64,000 nucleotides of DNA from Labilibaculum sp. (GCF_041595635.1 NZ_JBFHJW010000017.1:2883-66882); one strand, 5' to 3'. Shown: positions 30,880 through 41,280, numbered from the stretch's first letter. Program-made: numbers and translations. The notes: generated by a model not told the origin, from the sequence alone.

Positions 30880-30897
30880 GTATTTCTTAGTAGTGTA

Positions 30898-31356
30898 TTA
30901 TTTAAAAATTGTTCTCGATCCGAATGCTCTAAATCCTACTAAAATGGAAACGCATCCACTTTCAATTTTTTCTTTGCTTTCATCTTTCGAAACCAAAATA
31001 CGCAATATAAAGTCATCGGTGCTTTCTACCATAAAATCCCATATATTGGTATAATCTTCATCCGAATTATCGTACAGTATGTTGTAATCTGTATCAAAAA
31101 GTTGAAATTGTATGTTACCCAGATTATTTTCACCTTCCACCAAAATACGATATTCCTGATCCTTGTAAAAGGTAAGTTGCAACTCAGCGGTTTCGCCTTC
31201 CGATAAAACGGCGTTGTTTAACTGTCCGTTAAATGTGTATGGAGTAAGCGCAGGAATACATTCTTTCTTGGTATATTCATTGCACTGCGCAAGCAATAAG
31301 TTTGGCAATGCGAGTAGGTAAAAAATAAGTAAAGTGGCTGTTATAATTTTTTTCAT
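30898..31356 (-). CDS. Secreted hypothetical protein
   Basis: 152 aa with signal peptide MKKIITATLLIFYLLALPNLLLAQ. No recognisable family. Confidence 0.6.
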   Translation of the reverse strand: MKKIITATLLIFYLLALPNLLLAQCNEYTKKECIPALTPYTFNGQLNNAVLSEGETAELQLTFYKDQEYRILVEGENNLGNIQFQLFDTDYNILYDNSDEDYTNIWDFMVESTDDFILRILVSKDESKEKIESGCVSILVGFRAFGSRTIFK

Positions 31357-31383
31357 TCTATTCGTTTTAGTGCTCGCAATATC

Positions 31384-32280
31384 CTATAATTCAGTAATTG
31401 TCTCTCTAATGGTATCGTTTATTTCCTTTATTTCTCTAATGGTTTGGTTCGAGGCTGTTAGAGTTACTTTATTTCTTATGATCGTTTTACCATCTTTATT
31501 TTTAATACTCGATGCTGTTGATTTGCTTTGTGATATTTCTTGAAATTTTGCATCCAATTTCTTCAATTCTGGAAGAATCTGATTGATTTTAGAATTGTTT
31601 CGATATTGATTGAGTAAGCCAATTAAATTTTTGACAGAATGTTTTTGTTGAGAAATTAAATCGACCATTTCTTTTTGTGGATTGTTTAAGTCAACAATGT
31701 TGGTTGCTAAATATAAAGTCTCAACCCAACCTCCGAAAACAATAAGAGCAGCAACTCCACCTCTTTGGTTTTCTTTTAAATAACTATCCGACTTGGTGAA
31801 GGTTTCAGTAATAATACTTAGCAAAGAATCTTGGTTTTCAATATTTTTCTCCATTCTTTGGGCGGTAATTTTTTCCTGTTCTTCAGGAATTCCCAATTCG
31901 CGTGTGAATTTTTTGATAACGGCTAAATATCTGGCTGCATCCTGAAACTGTTCGTAAATTCGGATGTAACTTAGGTCTGCCCCATAAATACCAATGTTAA
32001 TGGCAATATCCGCCTGCGATAAATAGTTGTCCGAATTGCTAACCGAATTCATCAAATCAGGTTGGTAGGGAAGATCCATTGTTTTTATGATTTCACTTAC
32101 CTCTATTGGACTGGGAACATTGTAAAATAATGTTTTAACTGATTTAAAATTTTGTTGCTGTGGAGCTTCTATCTCAGCTTGTTTTTCTACCGATGTTTTC
32201 TTATTCTGACAACCCAAGCATAAAACCGAAGTTGTTATAAAAAGAAGTAAACAGCTTATTTTCATAGTTGTTGTATACAT
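31384..32280 (-). CDS. Hypothetical lipoprotein (predominantly helical)
   Basis: 298 aa with lipobox LCLGC. The start is possibly at the internal Met (MKISCLLLF, 32265). Confidence 0.6.
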   Translation of the reverse strand: MYTTTMKISCLLLFITTSVLCLGCQNKKTSVEKQAEIEAPQQQNFKSVKTLFYNVPSPIEVSEIIKTMDLPYQPDLMNSVSNSDNYLSQADIAINIGIYGADLSYIRIYEQFQDAARYLAVIKKFTRELGIPEEQEKITAQRMEKNIENQDSLLSIITETFTKSDSYLKENQRGGVAALIVFGGWVETLYLATNIVDLNNPQKEMVDLISQQKHSVKNLIGLLNQYRNNSKINQILPELKKLDAKFQEISQSKSTASSIKNKDGKTIIRNKVTLTASNQTIREIKEINDTIRETITEL

Positions 32281-32509
32281 AGATTTATTATTTTCTCGTG
32301 GGTGTTAAGTTGTAATATTCTTAAAGTTATACTTTTAGGTAGTAAATCCAAACTAAATATAAAGATATAGCTGGATTAAAAAAAAACACATTATTAGTAG
32401 AAACAAAACATTTTTATTGACGTAAAAATTCGGCTGAATGCCAACCAAAAATTAGAAGAATATTTTTTAGCAAGCTAACTTCAGAGGGAAAAGTTTTGCT
32501 AAAAATAGG

Positions 32510-33289
32510 CTAAGCACTAATCTGAGTAGTAAAACCTGCGGCTTCCACTTTTTTAGCTATTTTTTCCAACTCTTTTTTCGATATTTTCTCCAGTTGATCA
32601 CTGGGTGTATCTCTCGAAATCGTATAAATCATTACCTCTTTAGGTTGAATTTTTTGCAAGTGACCAATCCATGCAGAAATCTCTTTTTCGCTGGTGTTGT
32701 CAATAATTTTTCCCTCGTACTCTCCTCTGATAAAAAGAGTTTGAATAATTAAATTACCATTAAATTTCGATAAGAGATCAACTAGTTTTTCTAGGTTAAA
32801 TTTGCCTACTGGCTGATCTAAATTAAGTATGGTTTCTTCTGTTCCTCCATCAAGTTTTAAGATGTTATCATCGACCTTATTCAATGCATCGAACACTGAC
32901 TTTTTGTGTATCATTGACGAATTGGAGAGAACTGCTATTCGTGCTTGTGGAAAAACCTGATTTCTTACCTCGATTGTATAATCAATTATTTCGCTAAATT
33001 CCGGATGAAGTGTGGGTTCTCCATTTCCAGCAAATGTAATTACATCCAAATCTTCGTTGTTGGCTTTCATGGAGCTTAGTTTCTCGAATAAACTTTGCTT
33101 TACTTGATCTTTAGGATGAAAGTTGATCTTTTGCTCCTTTTTATCCGGATTCCATCCGCATTCGCAGTAAATACAATTAAAACTGCATAGTTTACAATCA
33201 TTAGGTAATAAGTTGATGCCTAAGGATACGCCGAGTCTTCTGCTTTTTACAGGGCCAAATATTATTTTGTCGAAGAGAAAAGTTGCCAT
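32510..33289 (-). CDS. Radical SAM protein
   Basis: 259 aa with the CX3CX2C cluster motif CSFNCIYC near the N-terminus, preceded by GPVKSRRLGVSLGINL. Confidence 0.85.
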   Translation of the reverse strand: MATFLFDKIIFGPVKSRRLGVSLGINLLPNDCKLCSFNCIYCECGWNPDKKEQKINFHPKDQVKQSLFEKLSSMKANNEDLDVITFAGNGEPTLHPEFSEIIDYTIEVRNQVFPQARIAVLSNSSMIHKKSVFDALNKVDDNILKLDGGTEETILNLDQPVGKFNLEKLVDLLSKFNGNLIIQTLFIRGEYEGKIIDNTSEKEISAWIGHLQKIQPKEVMIYTISRDTPSDQLEKISKKELEKIAKKVEAAGFTTQISA

Positions 33290-33381
33290 TAATTTCTTAA
33301 TTTTTGAAAAGCAAATTTAGGAAATCCTATTTGGAATGTGCAGTAATGAGGGTTTTTAATTCAGAAAGTAGAGAACTATGT

Positions 33382-34197
33382 CTATGCTAGGACTATTAAT
33401 TCACTAGTTGCTTTAAATTTTTCATTTGTGTAGTCCAAATGAGAAAGTAAATTTATACCTGGTTTTTTGCCGATTTCAAGACTTCCAAATTCATGTTCTA
33501 TGCCTAGGTGTTTGGCTCCATTATAACTTGCCCATTTCAATAAATCTCCAAAAGAAAGTTCAGGCAAAAGAACCTGAAGCGATTTTAATTCTTCAAAGAC
33601 AGATAACTTTTGTGTCATTCCTAAGGATCCTGTTCCAATGCAATATTGGTTTTGTTCATTTATTGAAATGCATGAAGTTGCTTGGTTTTCAAGTAGAATT
33701 CGGTTTACTAAAATGGATTCCAGGCTATTTCGTTTTTCTTTAATGGTTGGGGCAGTAAATGTAGGATTTGAATGAAGTAAATTCACATTCTGAAAGTGAA
33801 GTTTTGATTTTTGTTTTTGTACGGCAAAATTACTTTCTAAATGATAATCAGCAGCTACTTTAGTTCCGTAGGCTTCCAGTTGGTTAATACCTTTTTGAAC
33901 CAAAGCAAAAGTTTCTTTTTTTTGTAGAAGTTTTTCTTTTAAAGCAGATTCAAAATTAACAGCCGCACAAGCTAGAAAATCATTTTTTGTAAAGCCCGGA
34001 AAACCTAAAAGAGTAAACACATCTACAAAACCCGGAACAATTACTCCACTATAAAATTCCAAATTTTCAATTTCCTTTATCTTTCCATTGGTGTTTATAA
34101 GGTCTACAATGTAATTGTTCTCATCCAGAATCAGAATTCCGTTTTTTAAAGGAGATGAGCTAATGGGGTAAATATAATTTGCAGATAGCTTTCTCAT
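33382..34197 (-). CDS. Short amidohydrolase-superfamily-like protein lacking canonical metal ligands
   Basis: 271 aa. The N-terminus (NGILILDENNYIVDL...VIVPGFVDVFTLLG) and C-terminus (ASYNGAKHLGIEHEFGSLEIGKKPGINLL) are amidohydrolase-like. HxH is replaced by VDVFT, and GTDS by GTGS. Confidence 0.6.
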   Translation of the reverse strand: MRKLSANYIYPISSSPLKNGILILDENNYIVDLINTNGKIKEIENLEFYSGVIVPGFVDVFTLLGFPGFTKNDFLACAAVNFESALKEKLLQKKETFALVQKGINQLEAYGTKVAADYHLESNFAVQKQKSKLHFQNVNLLHSNPTFTAPTIKEKRNSLESILVNRILLENQATSCISINEQNQYCIGTGSLGMTQKLSVFEELKSLQVLLPELSFGDLLKWASYNGAKHLGIEHEFGSLEIGKKPGINLLSHLDYTNEKFKATSELIVLA

Positions 34198-35021
34198 TTA
34201 CGCCGTTGGTGTTTTAAATCTAATTCTTTATTTAATTCCTTCATTACTTCTACTGAATCTGGTCTAATTTGCGGATTGAAAATTAGAATGTCTTTAATTT
34301 CAAAATGTTCAGTGTATTCTTCGAGATCATTATCCCCAGCAAATAAGTTACCTCGTAGTTCGGTGTAACTCGAATCAGGATATTCCATCTGAATTTCATA
34401 GGTGTTGAACCGATTACTTTTCTCGATTTCTTGAGGTTCGAAAAATATTTTTTTGTCTTTCCCTAAGCTATCTTTTTTCCAAAAATATGCTTCTATTCTT
34501 GGATTATCAGTTTGGTCATCAGGGAAAATTCTAATGTCTGCTTTTATGGTGTAAATTCCTGTTTGTGAGGTAGGAATTGCAAAGGTTAAATTGTTTTTAT
34601 CACGGGAAGGAATTCTCCAATGCTTTTTTTTCGACCAAAGGTCCACTGTATCTTGTTCTATTTTTTGGTCCTTAAGTTCAATACGATATTTAGTCTCGAG
34701 TCGGTTTAACGAATCGATAATTACATCATACATTTTGGTGAATTTTTTAGTATCACTAGAGTAATAGGATAAACAGGAATCGAATTGCTCCCGGGTGATA
34801 TCATATCGTTCGAATATTGAATTGTAGTAATAGCTGGGACGAAAATTATTTCCTGAGCGAAAAATATTTTTTGTACTCAGTGATCCATCTGTAATGTGAA
34901 TATCAATCAGCATTTTAGTGAACTGATCTTTATTTAGTGCAGGTTCTGGTTTTGTGTTCTTTTTACAGGAAAGTAGAAAGGTGATTCCACAGCAAAGGGT
35001 GAAAAATAATATCTTATTCAT
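34194..35021 (-). CDS. DUF4296-like lipoprotein
   Basis: 275 aa with lipobox FLLSC. The segment DQFTKMLIDIHITDGSL resembles DUF4296. Its stop overlaps the downstream start by 4 nt (ATGA). Confidence 0.55.
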   Translation of the reverse strand: MNKILFFTLCCGITFLLSCKKNTKPEPALNKDQFTKMLIDIHITDGSLSTKNIFRSGNNFRPSYYYNSIFERYDITREQFDSCLSYYSSDTKKFTKMYDVIIDSLNRLETKYRIELKDQKIEQDTVDLWSKKKHWRIPSRDKNNLTFAIPTSQTGIYTIKADIRIFPDDQTDNPRIEAYFWKKDSLGKDKKIFFEPQEIEKSNRFNTYEIQMEYPDSSYTELRGNLFAGDNDLEEYTEHFEIKDILIFNPQIRPDSVEVMKELNKELDLKHQRRK

Positions 35022-35089
35022 GAATAATTTTCTTGTTGATCTTGATGCAAAGATAGTAAATCGTGTAGAATGTGAAGCCAGGAATTTTA

Positions 35090-35842
35090 TTAGCTTATTT
35101 TTTTAATCTTTTTGAATAATTCCGAGGCAAAAACAAAATCATTTACTGCTTTATTACCGGTATCAAATATTTCTTCATGACTTCCTTCCCAGGCTTTTTG
35201 ACCTTTATTTATAAAAACGATCTTTTCCCCAATTTCCATTACCGAATTCATATCATGAGTGTTTATAATGGTTGTTATGTTGTACTCTTTTGTAATCTCC
35301 TGAATCAGGTTGTCAATGAGTATTGCCGTTACAGGATCTAAGCCTGAGTTGGGCTCATCGCAAAATAAATATTTCGGATTAAGGGCAATAGCTCGGGCTA
35401 TGGCAACACGTTTTTGCATTCCTCCACTAATTTCCGATGGAAATAACTGATTAAAATCTTTAATGTTGACACGCTCTAAGCAGAAGTTAGCACGATTTAA
35501 TTTTTCTTTTTCATTTAAATTAGAAAACATATTTAAAGGGAAAAGTACATTTTGTTCTACTGTCATTGAATCAAATAAAGCTCCTCCCTGAAATACCATA
35601 CCTATTTCTTTGCGAACTTCTTTTTTTTGTTTCATGGTCATTGCGGTAAAATTTCTATCATTATAGAGAATAGTACCAGAATCAACACCATGCAGTCCTA
35701 CAATCGATTTTAGTAAAACCGTTTTCCCTGATCCACTTTGTCCTATAATTAAATTGGTTTTGCCCGATTCAAAAGTAAGCGAAATGTCATGCAATACCTT
35801 TTGTTCAGCAAATGACTTATTTATATTTTCGAGTCTGATCAT
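35090..35842 (-). CDS. ABC transporter ATP-binding protein, MlaF-like
   Basis: 250 aa with Walker A GQSGSGKT, signature ISGGMQKR and Walker B LFCDEPNSGLD. Overlaps the upstream permease gene by 4 nt. Confidence 0.88.
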   Translation of the reverse strand: MIRLENINKSFAEQKVLHDISLTFESGKTNLIIGQSGSGKTVLLKSIVGLHGVDSGTILYNDRNFTAMTMKQKKEVRKEIGMVFQGGALFDSMTVEQNVLFPLNMFSNLNEKEKLNRANFCLERVNIKDFNQLFPSEISGGMQKRVAIARAIALNPKYLFCDEPNSGLDPVTAILIDNLIQEITKEYNITTIINTHDMNSVMEIGEKIVFINKGQKAWEGSHEEIFDTGNKAVNDFVFASELFKKIKKIS

Positions 35843-36579
35843 TTTAACAGAATTTGAGTGAGTATTACATTAGTGAGTAGAATTAAAATACTACTATTTA
35901 CAACAGCTCTCGTACTGGCTCTACCCACTTCCAAAGCTCCACCTTTAACGTAATAGCCATAAAAAGAAGGTATTGCAGTAATAATAAACGCAAATACTGC
36001 TGTTTTTATTAAGGAATAGGTAATGTAGTAGGGAATAAATGCGTATTGAACACCATCAATAAAATCGCTAAAATTTACCGTTCCAGTAAGATATCCTGCA
36101 AGTAAGCCACCACTGATTCCTACAAATACACTTAACACGTATAAAAAAGGATTAATAAATATAGCAGCTATAATTTTTGGCAAAACCAAATGATTTGCCG
36201 AGTTGATGCCCATAATTTCTAATGCATCTATTTGCTCGGTTATGCGCATGGTACCAATTTCTGAGGCAATATTTGACCCGACTTTACCAGCTAAAATTAA
36301 GCCTACTATGGTGGATGAAAATTCTAGAATCATCGATTCGCGTGTGGTGTAGCCAACCAAATAATCGGGAAGCAAAGGGTTTGACATGTTATAAGCTGTT
36401 TGAAGTGTAATTACTGCACCCATAAACAAAGATATAATCACTACAATACCTATGGAATTGATTCCAAGTTTATCGATCTCACGTATAATTTGTGAAAATA
36501 ATGTTTTCCCCTTTTCAGGTTTTGAAAATACCAACACTAAAAATCTGGAGAATTTTCCTACGTTTTCGAACAGATTCAT
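35839..36579 (-). CDS. ABC transporter permease, MlaE family
   Basis: 246 aa and polytopic. The motif EQIDALEIMGINS is typical of MlaE/Ttg2B permeases. Confidence 0.85.
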   Translation of the reverse strand: MNLFENVGKFSRFLVLVFSKPEKGKTLFSQIIREIDKLGINSIGIVVIISLFMGAVITLQTAYNMSNPLLPDYLVGYTTRESMILEFSSTIVGLILAGKVGSNIASEIGTMRITEQIDALEIMGINSANHLVLPKIIAAIFINPFLYVLSVFVGISGGLLAGYLTGTVNFSDFIDGVQYAFIPYYITYSLIKTAVFAFIITAIPSFYGYYVKGGALEVGRASTRAVVNSSILILLTNVILTQILLK

Positions 36580-36756
36580 ATCTAATTTTAGTTTACGATA
36601 AAATTACTAATTATTTTTTTATCATCTTCTAGGAGAAATGGATCTATTGTATTTTCCATTCTCTTTTGATTTCAGAAGGCTTTTGAGTATTTTAGGATAT
36701 AATTTTATGACTCTTGAATTTATGCTCTTAGCAGAAATTCTGACAACTATTTTTCA

Positions 36757-37845
36757 ATGGATATAAATAATTATTGTGTGATAATGGCTGGAGGCGTAGG
36801 TTCTCGATTTTGGCCTTTGAGTAAAGATAAACAACCTAAACAATTTCTTGATATTCTAGGTACCGGAAAAACAATGATTCAATTGACTTTTGAACGTTTT
36901 GTTTCCATATGTCCTGTCGAGAATTTTTTGGTGGTGACTAATGAGAAGTACAAAGATCTAGTTCTTCAACAACTCCCTGAAATTAAAGAAAATCAAGTTC
37001 TTTTGGAACCAATTCGACGTAATACAGCTCCTTGTATTGCTTATGCTAATTATAAAATACAAAAGAAAAATCCGGATGCTACGATAATTGTAACACCTGC
37101 TGATCATTTAATTTTAAATGAAAAGAAATTTTTAAGGGTATTATCAGGAGGGATTGAATTTGTGCAAGGAGGTAAGGAGTTACTTACGCTTGGAATTCAT
37201 CCGTCTCGCCCCGAAACAGGTTATGGCTACATACAAGTTTCTAATAAGGCAGTAGATAAGTATACAAACGTGTATCCAGTAAAAACTTTTACGGAAAAAC
37301 CTCAGCTCGAATTGGCAAAAATATTTCAGGAATCGGGTGAGTTTTTCTGGAATTCAGGAATATTTGTATGGAAATTGTCTGCTATTCAGGAAGCTTTCAC
37401 CAATTTTTTACCAGACATAAGTTCTCTATTTGAATCTTGCTTAGATAAGCTAGATACGGGCGAGGAACAAGATTGTATTAATCAGATTTATCCTCAATGT
37501 GAGAACATTTCTATTGATTATGGGATTCTTGAAAAATCGGATGAAGTGTACGTTTACTGTTCGGAATTTGGTTGGTCTGATTTAGGGTCTTGGGGGGCAC
37601 TTTATGAGCACTCTGCTAAAGATAGTAATCAGAATGTGATTCATGGAGAAGATATTTTGCTTTATGAATCTAAAAATTGTGTAGTTAGTGTTCCTAAGGA
37701 TAAATTAGTAGTCTTACAGGGCTTAAAAGATTATATCGTAGTAGATACTAAAGACTCTCTATTAATTTGTCGGAAAGGGGATGAACAGGAAATACGAAGA
37801 ATAGTGAATGATGTAAAAATCACTACAGGCGAAAAGTTTATTTAA
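36757..37845 (+). CDS. Mannose-1-phosphate guanylyltransferase
   Basis: 362 aa with nucleotidyltransferase motif MAGGVGSRFWPLS plus GYGYIQ and WNSGIFVW segments. Confidence 0.88.
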   Translation: MDINNYCVIMAGGVGSRFWPLSKDKQPKQFLDILGTGKTMIQLTFERFVSICPVENFLVVTNEKYKDLVLQQLPEIKENQVLLEPIRRNTAPCIAYANYKIQKKNPDATIIVTPADHLILNEKKFLRVLSGGIEFVQGGKELLTLGIHPSRPETGYGYIQVSNKAVDKYTNVYPVKTFTEKPQLELAKIFQESGEFFWNSGIFVWKLSAIQEAFTNFLPDISSLFESCLDKLDTGEEQDCINQIYPQCENISIDYGILEKSDEVYVYCSEFGWSDLGSWGALYEHSAKDSNQNVIHGEDILLYESKNCVVSVPKDKLVVLQGLKDYIVVDTKDSLLICRKGDEQEIRRIVNDVKITTGEKFI

Positions 37846-37878
37846 AAAAAAAAGACCTTCATCGAAGGTCTTTTTTTT
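37844..37878. terminator. Bidirectional terminator between manC-like gene and gldN
   Basis: A-run (A10), then GACCTTCatcGAAGGTC, then T-run (T8). Confidence 0.85.
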
Positions 37879-37894
37879 ATATCTATAGTGATCC

Positions 37895-38743
37895 TTAGAA
37901 CTCCCAAAGATCATGCTCGTAGGTAAATATTTCGTTCTGAATTCGTTGAGCTTCTAACATCGAATTTAAACCAACTGTATATTCGTTAATTTGACGATTG
38001 TTATGCACATTGGAAACTTGAGAAATAAAACTTGAAAAATGTCTTTTTAAGAATAGATCATCAAAGGAATAGCGTGCTGCATCGTTATTTGGATTAAATA
38101 CTTCATGTGAAGCAAGTAATGGTCTTACTTCAGGAAAATAAATCCAGAATAATTTTTTCATTTGAACTCCATCTAATTCAGAATCCCCATCTTTAAAGTA
38201 CTCACGAATAGGGCAAATTCCAATTATTCGAACTTGTAAAGTAGATGTTTGTTTATCGAAGAACCACTGTTCTTTAACGATATACCTTTTTACTTCATCA
38301 GTATGCATTTCACCAATTAGCACTTGGGGCTCAAGTTCACCAGTTAAACGGTTTCTTACATTTCTGGTCTCATCTTGTGCATCAAATTTAGTTCGGATTT
38401 GATCCATAGTCATAGGAACCTTGAACTCATCGTCATTGGTATCGTAGGCTGTTAAGCCTTCGTTTTCGATGCCATACAGTAATAAATCGATTAAACTATA
38501 ACGATCATCTGCTGGAGTCGAAGGATAATACATCGGAAGGTTCATCTTTTCCCGCAAGTCAATAAATCGCCACACCAATTTCGACCACATCACATCCGAT
38601 TCGCGAATGTTGGAATAGGGAATAGGCTTTCTATTTTGTATATGCTCTTTCTTATAAACGCTAGTTGCATTTGTTTGTGCATTCGAATATGCAGAGCATA
38701 TAAGAATAACGCCAATGATTAGTAATAAGCTTTTTTTCATCAT
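37895..38743 (-). CDS. gldN: Gliding motility/T9SS protein GldN (PorN)
   Basis: 282 aa with a signal peptide. Last gene of the K-L-M-N block. Has conserved-looking WSKLVWRFIDLREKMN and QWFFDKQ segments. Confidence 0.85.
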   Translation of the reverse strand: MMKKSLLLIIGVILICSAYSNAQTNATSVYKKEHIQNRKPIPYSNIRESDVMWSKLVWRFIDLREKMNLPMYYPSTPADDRYSLIDLLLYGIENEGLTAYDTNDDEFKVPMTMDQIRTKFDAQDETRNVRNRLTGELEPQVLIGEMHTDEVKRYIVKEQWFFDKQTSTLQVRIIGICPIREYFKDGDSELDGVQMKKLFWIYFPEVRPLLASHEVFNPNNDAARYSFDDLFLKRHFSSFISQVSNVHNNRQINEYTVGLNSMLEAQRIQNEIFTYEHDLWEF

Positions 38744-38755
38744 CTCTAAATTTTA

Positions 38756-40303
38756 TTACTCAATTCTAAACGAAATTGTAGGCAAGTCTCTGGTCTCTCC
38801 ATCTGGTCCCACTGCCTTAATGTCTTCAATATATACTTTTTGAGCTCTTCGTAAATTTTTGAACATCGAAATTTGTTGCTGGGAAAACATATCCGAACCC
38901 GAAGATTGATCAACAGTAAAGCCTTTTACAATTGTAGAAACCGTAAAACTTGTAATTTTAAATTTCAAGTCAAAATCAAAATTTTCCATTACTGCATCTA
39001 CTCCGGTTTGTACTAAAAGTAGATTTTTCTTTATTTTTCCACCGCTTAAACCACCAACCTTGGCTACTGGGTCAGGAATAGGTTTTACTCTAAAATCAAC
39101 AGTGCGTAAAGGTCTCCATCCATCTTCAAATTGCGCTTCAACTGCTACTCTAGAATTCTTAAATGCAGCTTTAGGTTTGGCAATATAACTATTACCTTGT
39201 TTAACTAAGTTTCCATTAGTCATAGTCGCACGAATTCTGTCCGAGGAAAAACCTGGTGCCGATATGCTAACTGGATTGTCTACACCTAAATAAAATACAT
39301 TCATTTTAGTAGCTGATACAACCACGTTAGGTTCTGCTACAATATAACTAGATTCAAATTCATATGGTTTTTCGATACCTGATGGGCTAGTATAGGTAAT
39401 TACGCCCCCCCATTTAACTTCTCCAACCTTATCTGTTTTTGCAGTATAAATACCTCGGCCATCTTTGAATGTTTTTATAGGCCCTGTTCTATCTACAACG
39501 ATCTTCGGGTTTTGTGTTGTATCAATAGCAGCAAGAAAAACCTGAGCCTCATATGTGTCTCCTTTTAAAATATAATTCGATTTTGAAAACACTTCAGCTC
39601 TTAATTTATTGAATTTAAATGATTCAGCTTCAATTTGATTGAATAAATAACTTACGATATCTGATTCTGTATTTCGAATGTCAGTCTGAATCTTAGAGAG
39701 TAAAGTAATGGCTCCAATTAAAGGTGTGTGTGAAAACTGTTGAGATTCCCATGTGTAATTTGGATCTCCTTTTTTTTCTTTTGGAGGTTTACTGGTATTT
39801 AAAGTTTCCAAAACTGCATTGCGCAGGGTTGAGTCTTTTTCTTCAATATGACTAATTATTAATTCACGATAGGCTGTTATCGCCTCTTTTAGAACTTTAC
39901 CTTGTCCGCCAACAATCATAACTTCTGGTGGAACATCAAGGTTATCTTTGCTAATGATATTATTGATATCATATTCTTCACCATCCGCTCTCCTTACCAT
40001 TCGGTCCTTAAGTTCGATGATTAAAGCCGATAATTTATCCGATTCAATACGAATTTTATCTGCTTTATCCCATGCACCCTGCACTTTAGTTTCGTTTGCT
40101 TCCAGAGCAATTTGGAAATCCGAGTATTTGATTTTATTTTTTTCTTCGAATGTTTGAATGGTTTTTGATAAACCATTGTCAATAATCGAGAACGCATCAA
40201 GTACCTCGTTTGATACATTTATCGCTAACATTGCTGTTAGGAATAAATACATCATTCCAATCATTTTTTGCCGTGGTGTTTCTTTACAATTTGTTGCTCC
40301 CAT
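38756..40303 (-). CDS. gldM: Gliding motility/T9SS protein GldM (PorM)
   Basis: 515 aa. The N-terminus TPRQKMIGMMYLFLTAMLAINVSNEVLDAF matches the GldM signature TM helix. Confidence 0.92.
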   Translation of the reverse strand: MGATNCKETPRQKMIGMMYLFLTAMLAINVSNEVLDAFSIIDNGLSKTIQTFEEKNKIKYSDFQIALEANETKVQGAWDKADKIRIESDKLSALIIELKDRMVRRADGEEYDINNIISKDNLDVPPEVMIVGGQGKVLKEAITAYRELIISHIEEKDSTLRNAVLETLNTSKPPKEKKGDPNYTWESQQFSHTPLIGAITLLSKIQTDIRNTESDIVSYLFNQIEAESFKFNKLRAEVFSKSNYILKGDTYEAQVFLAAIDTTQNPKIVVDRTGPIKTFKDGRGIYTAKTDKVGEVKWGGVITYTSPSGIEKPYEFESSYIVAEPNVVVSATKMNVFYLGVDNPVSISAPGFSSDRIRATMTNGNLVKQGNSYIAKPKAAFKNSRVAVEAQFEDGWRPLRTVDFRVKPIPDPVAKVGGLSGGKIKKNLLLVQTGVDAVMENFDFDLKFKITSFTVSTIVKGFTVDQSSGSDMFSQQQISMFKNLRRAQKVYIEDIKAVGPDGETRDLPTISFRIE

Positions 40304-40326
40304 TTCAGCTCAGCTTGACAGTTAAA

Positions 40327-41280
40327 TTATTTTTTTTTTCTTACATCCATAGCGCTTAACATATTGCCATAAATGGTATTAAGTGCTGCAAGGTTTTGGT
40401 TTAACTGTTCGGTTTCTTTTTTATAAGCTTGTGCATTTTGTAGAGTTGTTGTTAATGTTTCAAGAACTTTATCCAAATCCTGATGAACAGATTTCGAATT
40501 AGTTATTTGCTCATTACTCTGTTTTAATTGCAACTCATAAATTGCATTTAGTGAAGATAGATTACTATTCAATGTTGACATTGAACCATTAAATGCATTA
40601 CTGTTTTCAGATATTTTATCAAATCCAGTTTGTAAAGATTTATCAATATCCTGATAGGATTCTAATAACTTATTTCCAGACTCGTTGACATTTTTGGCAA
40701 AACTTTCTCCCGAAGTAGAAATTGTATTAGCAGTTTCCTGATAAGAATTACTTAGTTTCTGTGCTGAATTCGATAATTCCTCTGTGGATTCAGCATATTT
40801 ATTAGAGAATTCGCCAACAGAATTCGATGCCTTTTGCAAACTTTCAACATAACCATCTGTTGCAACAGCAGCTTCCGACAAATTAGAAAGGTTATCTGCA
40901 GCATTGGTTAATTTTGCAAGTCCTTGACTTAAATTTGATATTTTATCTGGTTGAACGCTTATCTTTTCTAATAGAGATTGTAATTGATCCAATCCTTCAA
41001 CTTGTACACCACCACCAGTACCAGTACCTTCTCTTGGTTCTAGACCAATTAATTCTGGAAACACTAGACTCCAGTCGGGTTGCTCATGTGGCGGTTCAAA
41101 AGCAGAGAAGAAAAAGATGATTGCCTCTACAGACATTCCAATTGTAAGTAGTTCTCCTGCATATGGATAGTGTTGAATTTTGAATAGGGCACCAATCAAA
41201 ACTACGGAAGCTCCCCAGCCATATACATAGCCCATAAATTTCTTCCATTTGGGAGATTGAACAAGTTCGGTAATATTCAT
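40327..41280 (-). CDS. gldL: Gliding motility/T9SS motor protein GldL (PorL)
   Basis: 317 aa with two N-terminal TM helices (GWGASVVLIGALFKIQH; TIGMSVEAIIFFFSAFEPP, including the conserved TM2 Glu) and DWSLVFPEL. Has a long S/N/Q/E-rich C-terminal region. Confidence 0.9.
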   Translation of the reverse strand: MNITELVQSPKWKKFMGYVYGWGASVVLIGALFKIQHYPYAGELLTIGMSVEAIIFFFSAFEPPHEQPDWSLVFPELIGLEPREGTGTGGGVQVEGLDQLQSLLEKISVQPDKISNLSQGLAKLTNAADNLSNLSEAAVATDGYVESLQKASNSVGEFSNKYAESTEELSNSAQKLSNSYQETANTISTSGESFAKNVNESGNKLLESYQDIDKSLQTGFDKISENSNAFNGSMSTLNSNLSSLNAIYELQLKQSNEQITNSKSVHQDLDKVLETLTTTLQNAQAYKKETEQLNQNLAALNTIYGNMLSAMDVRKKK

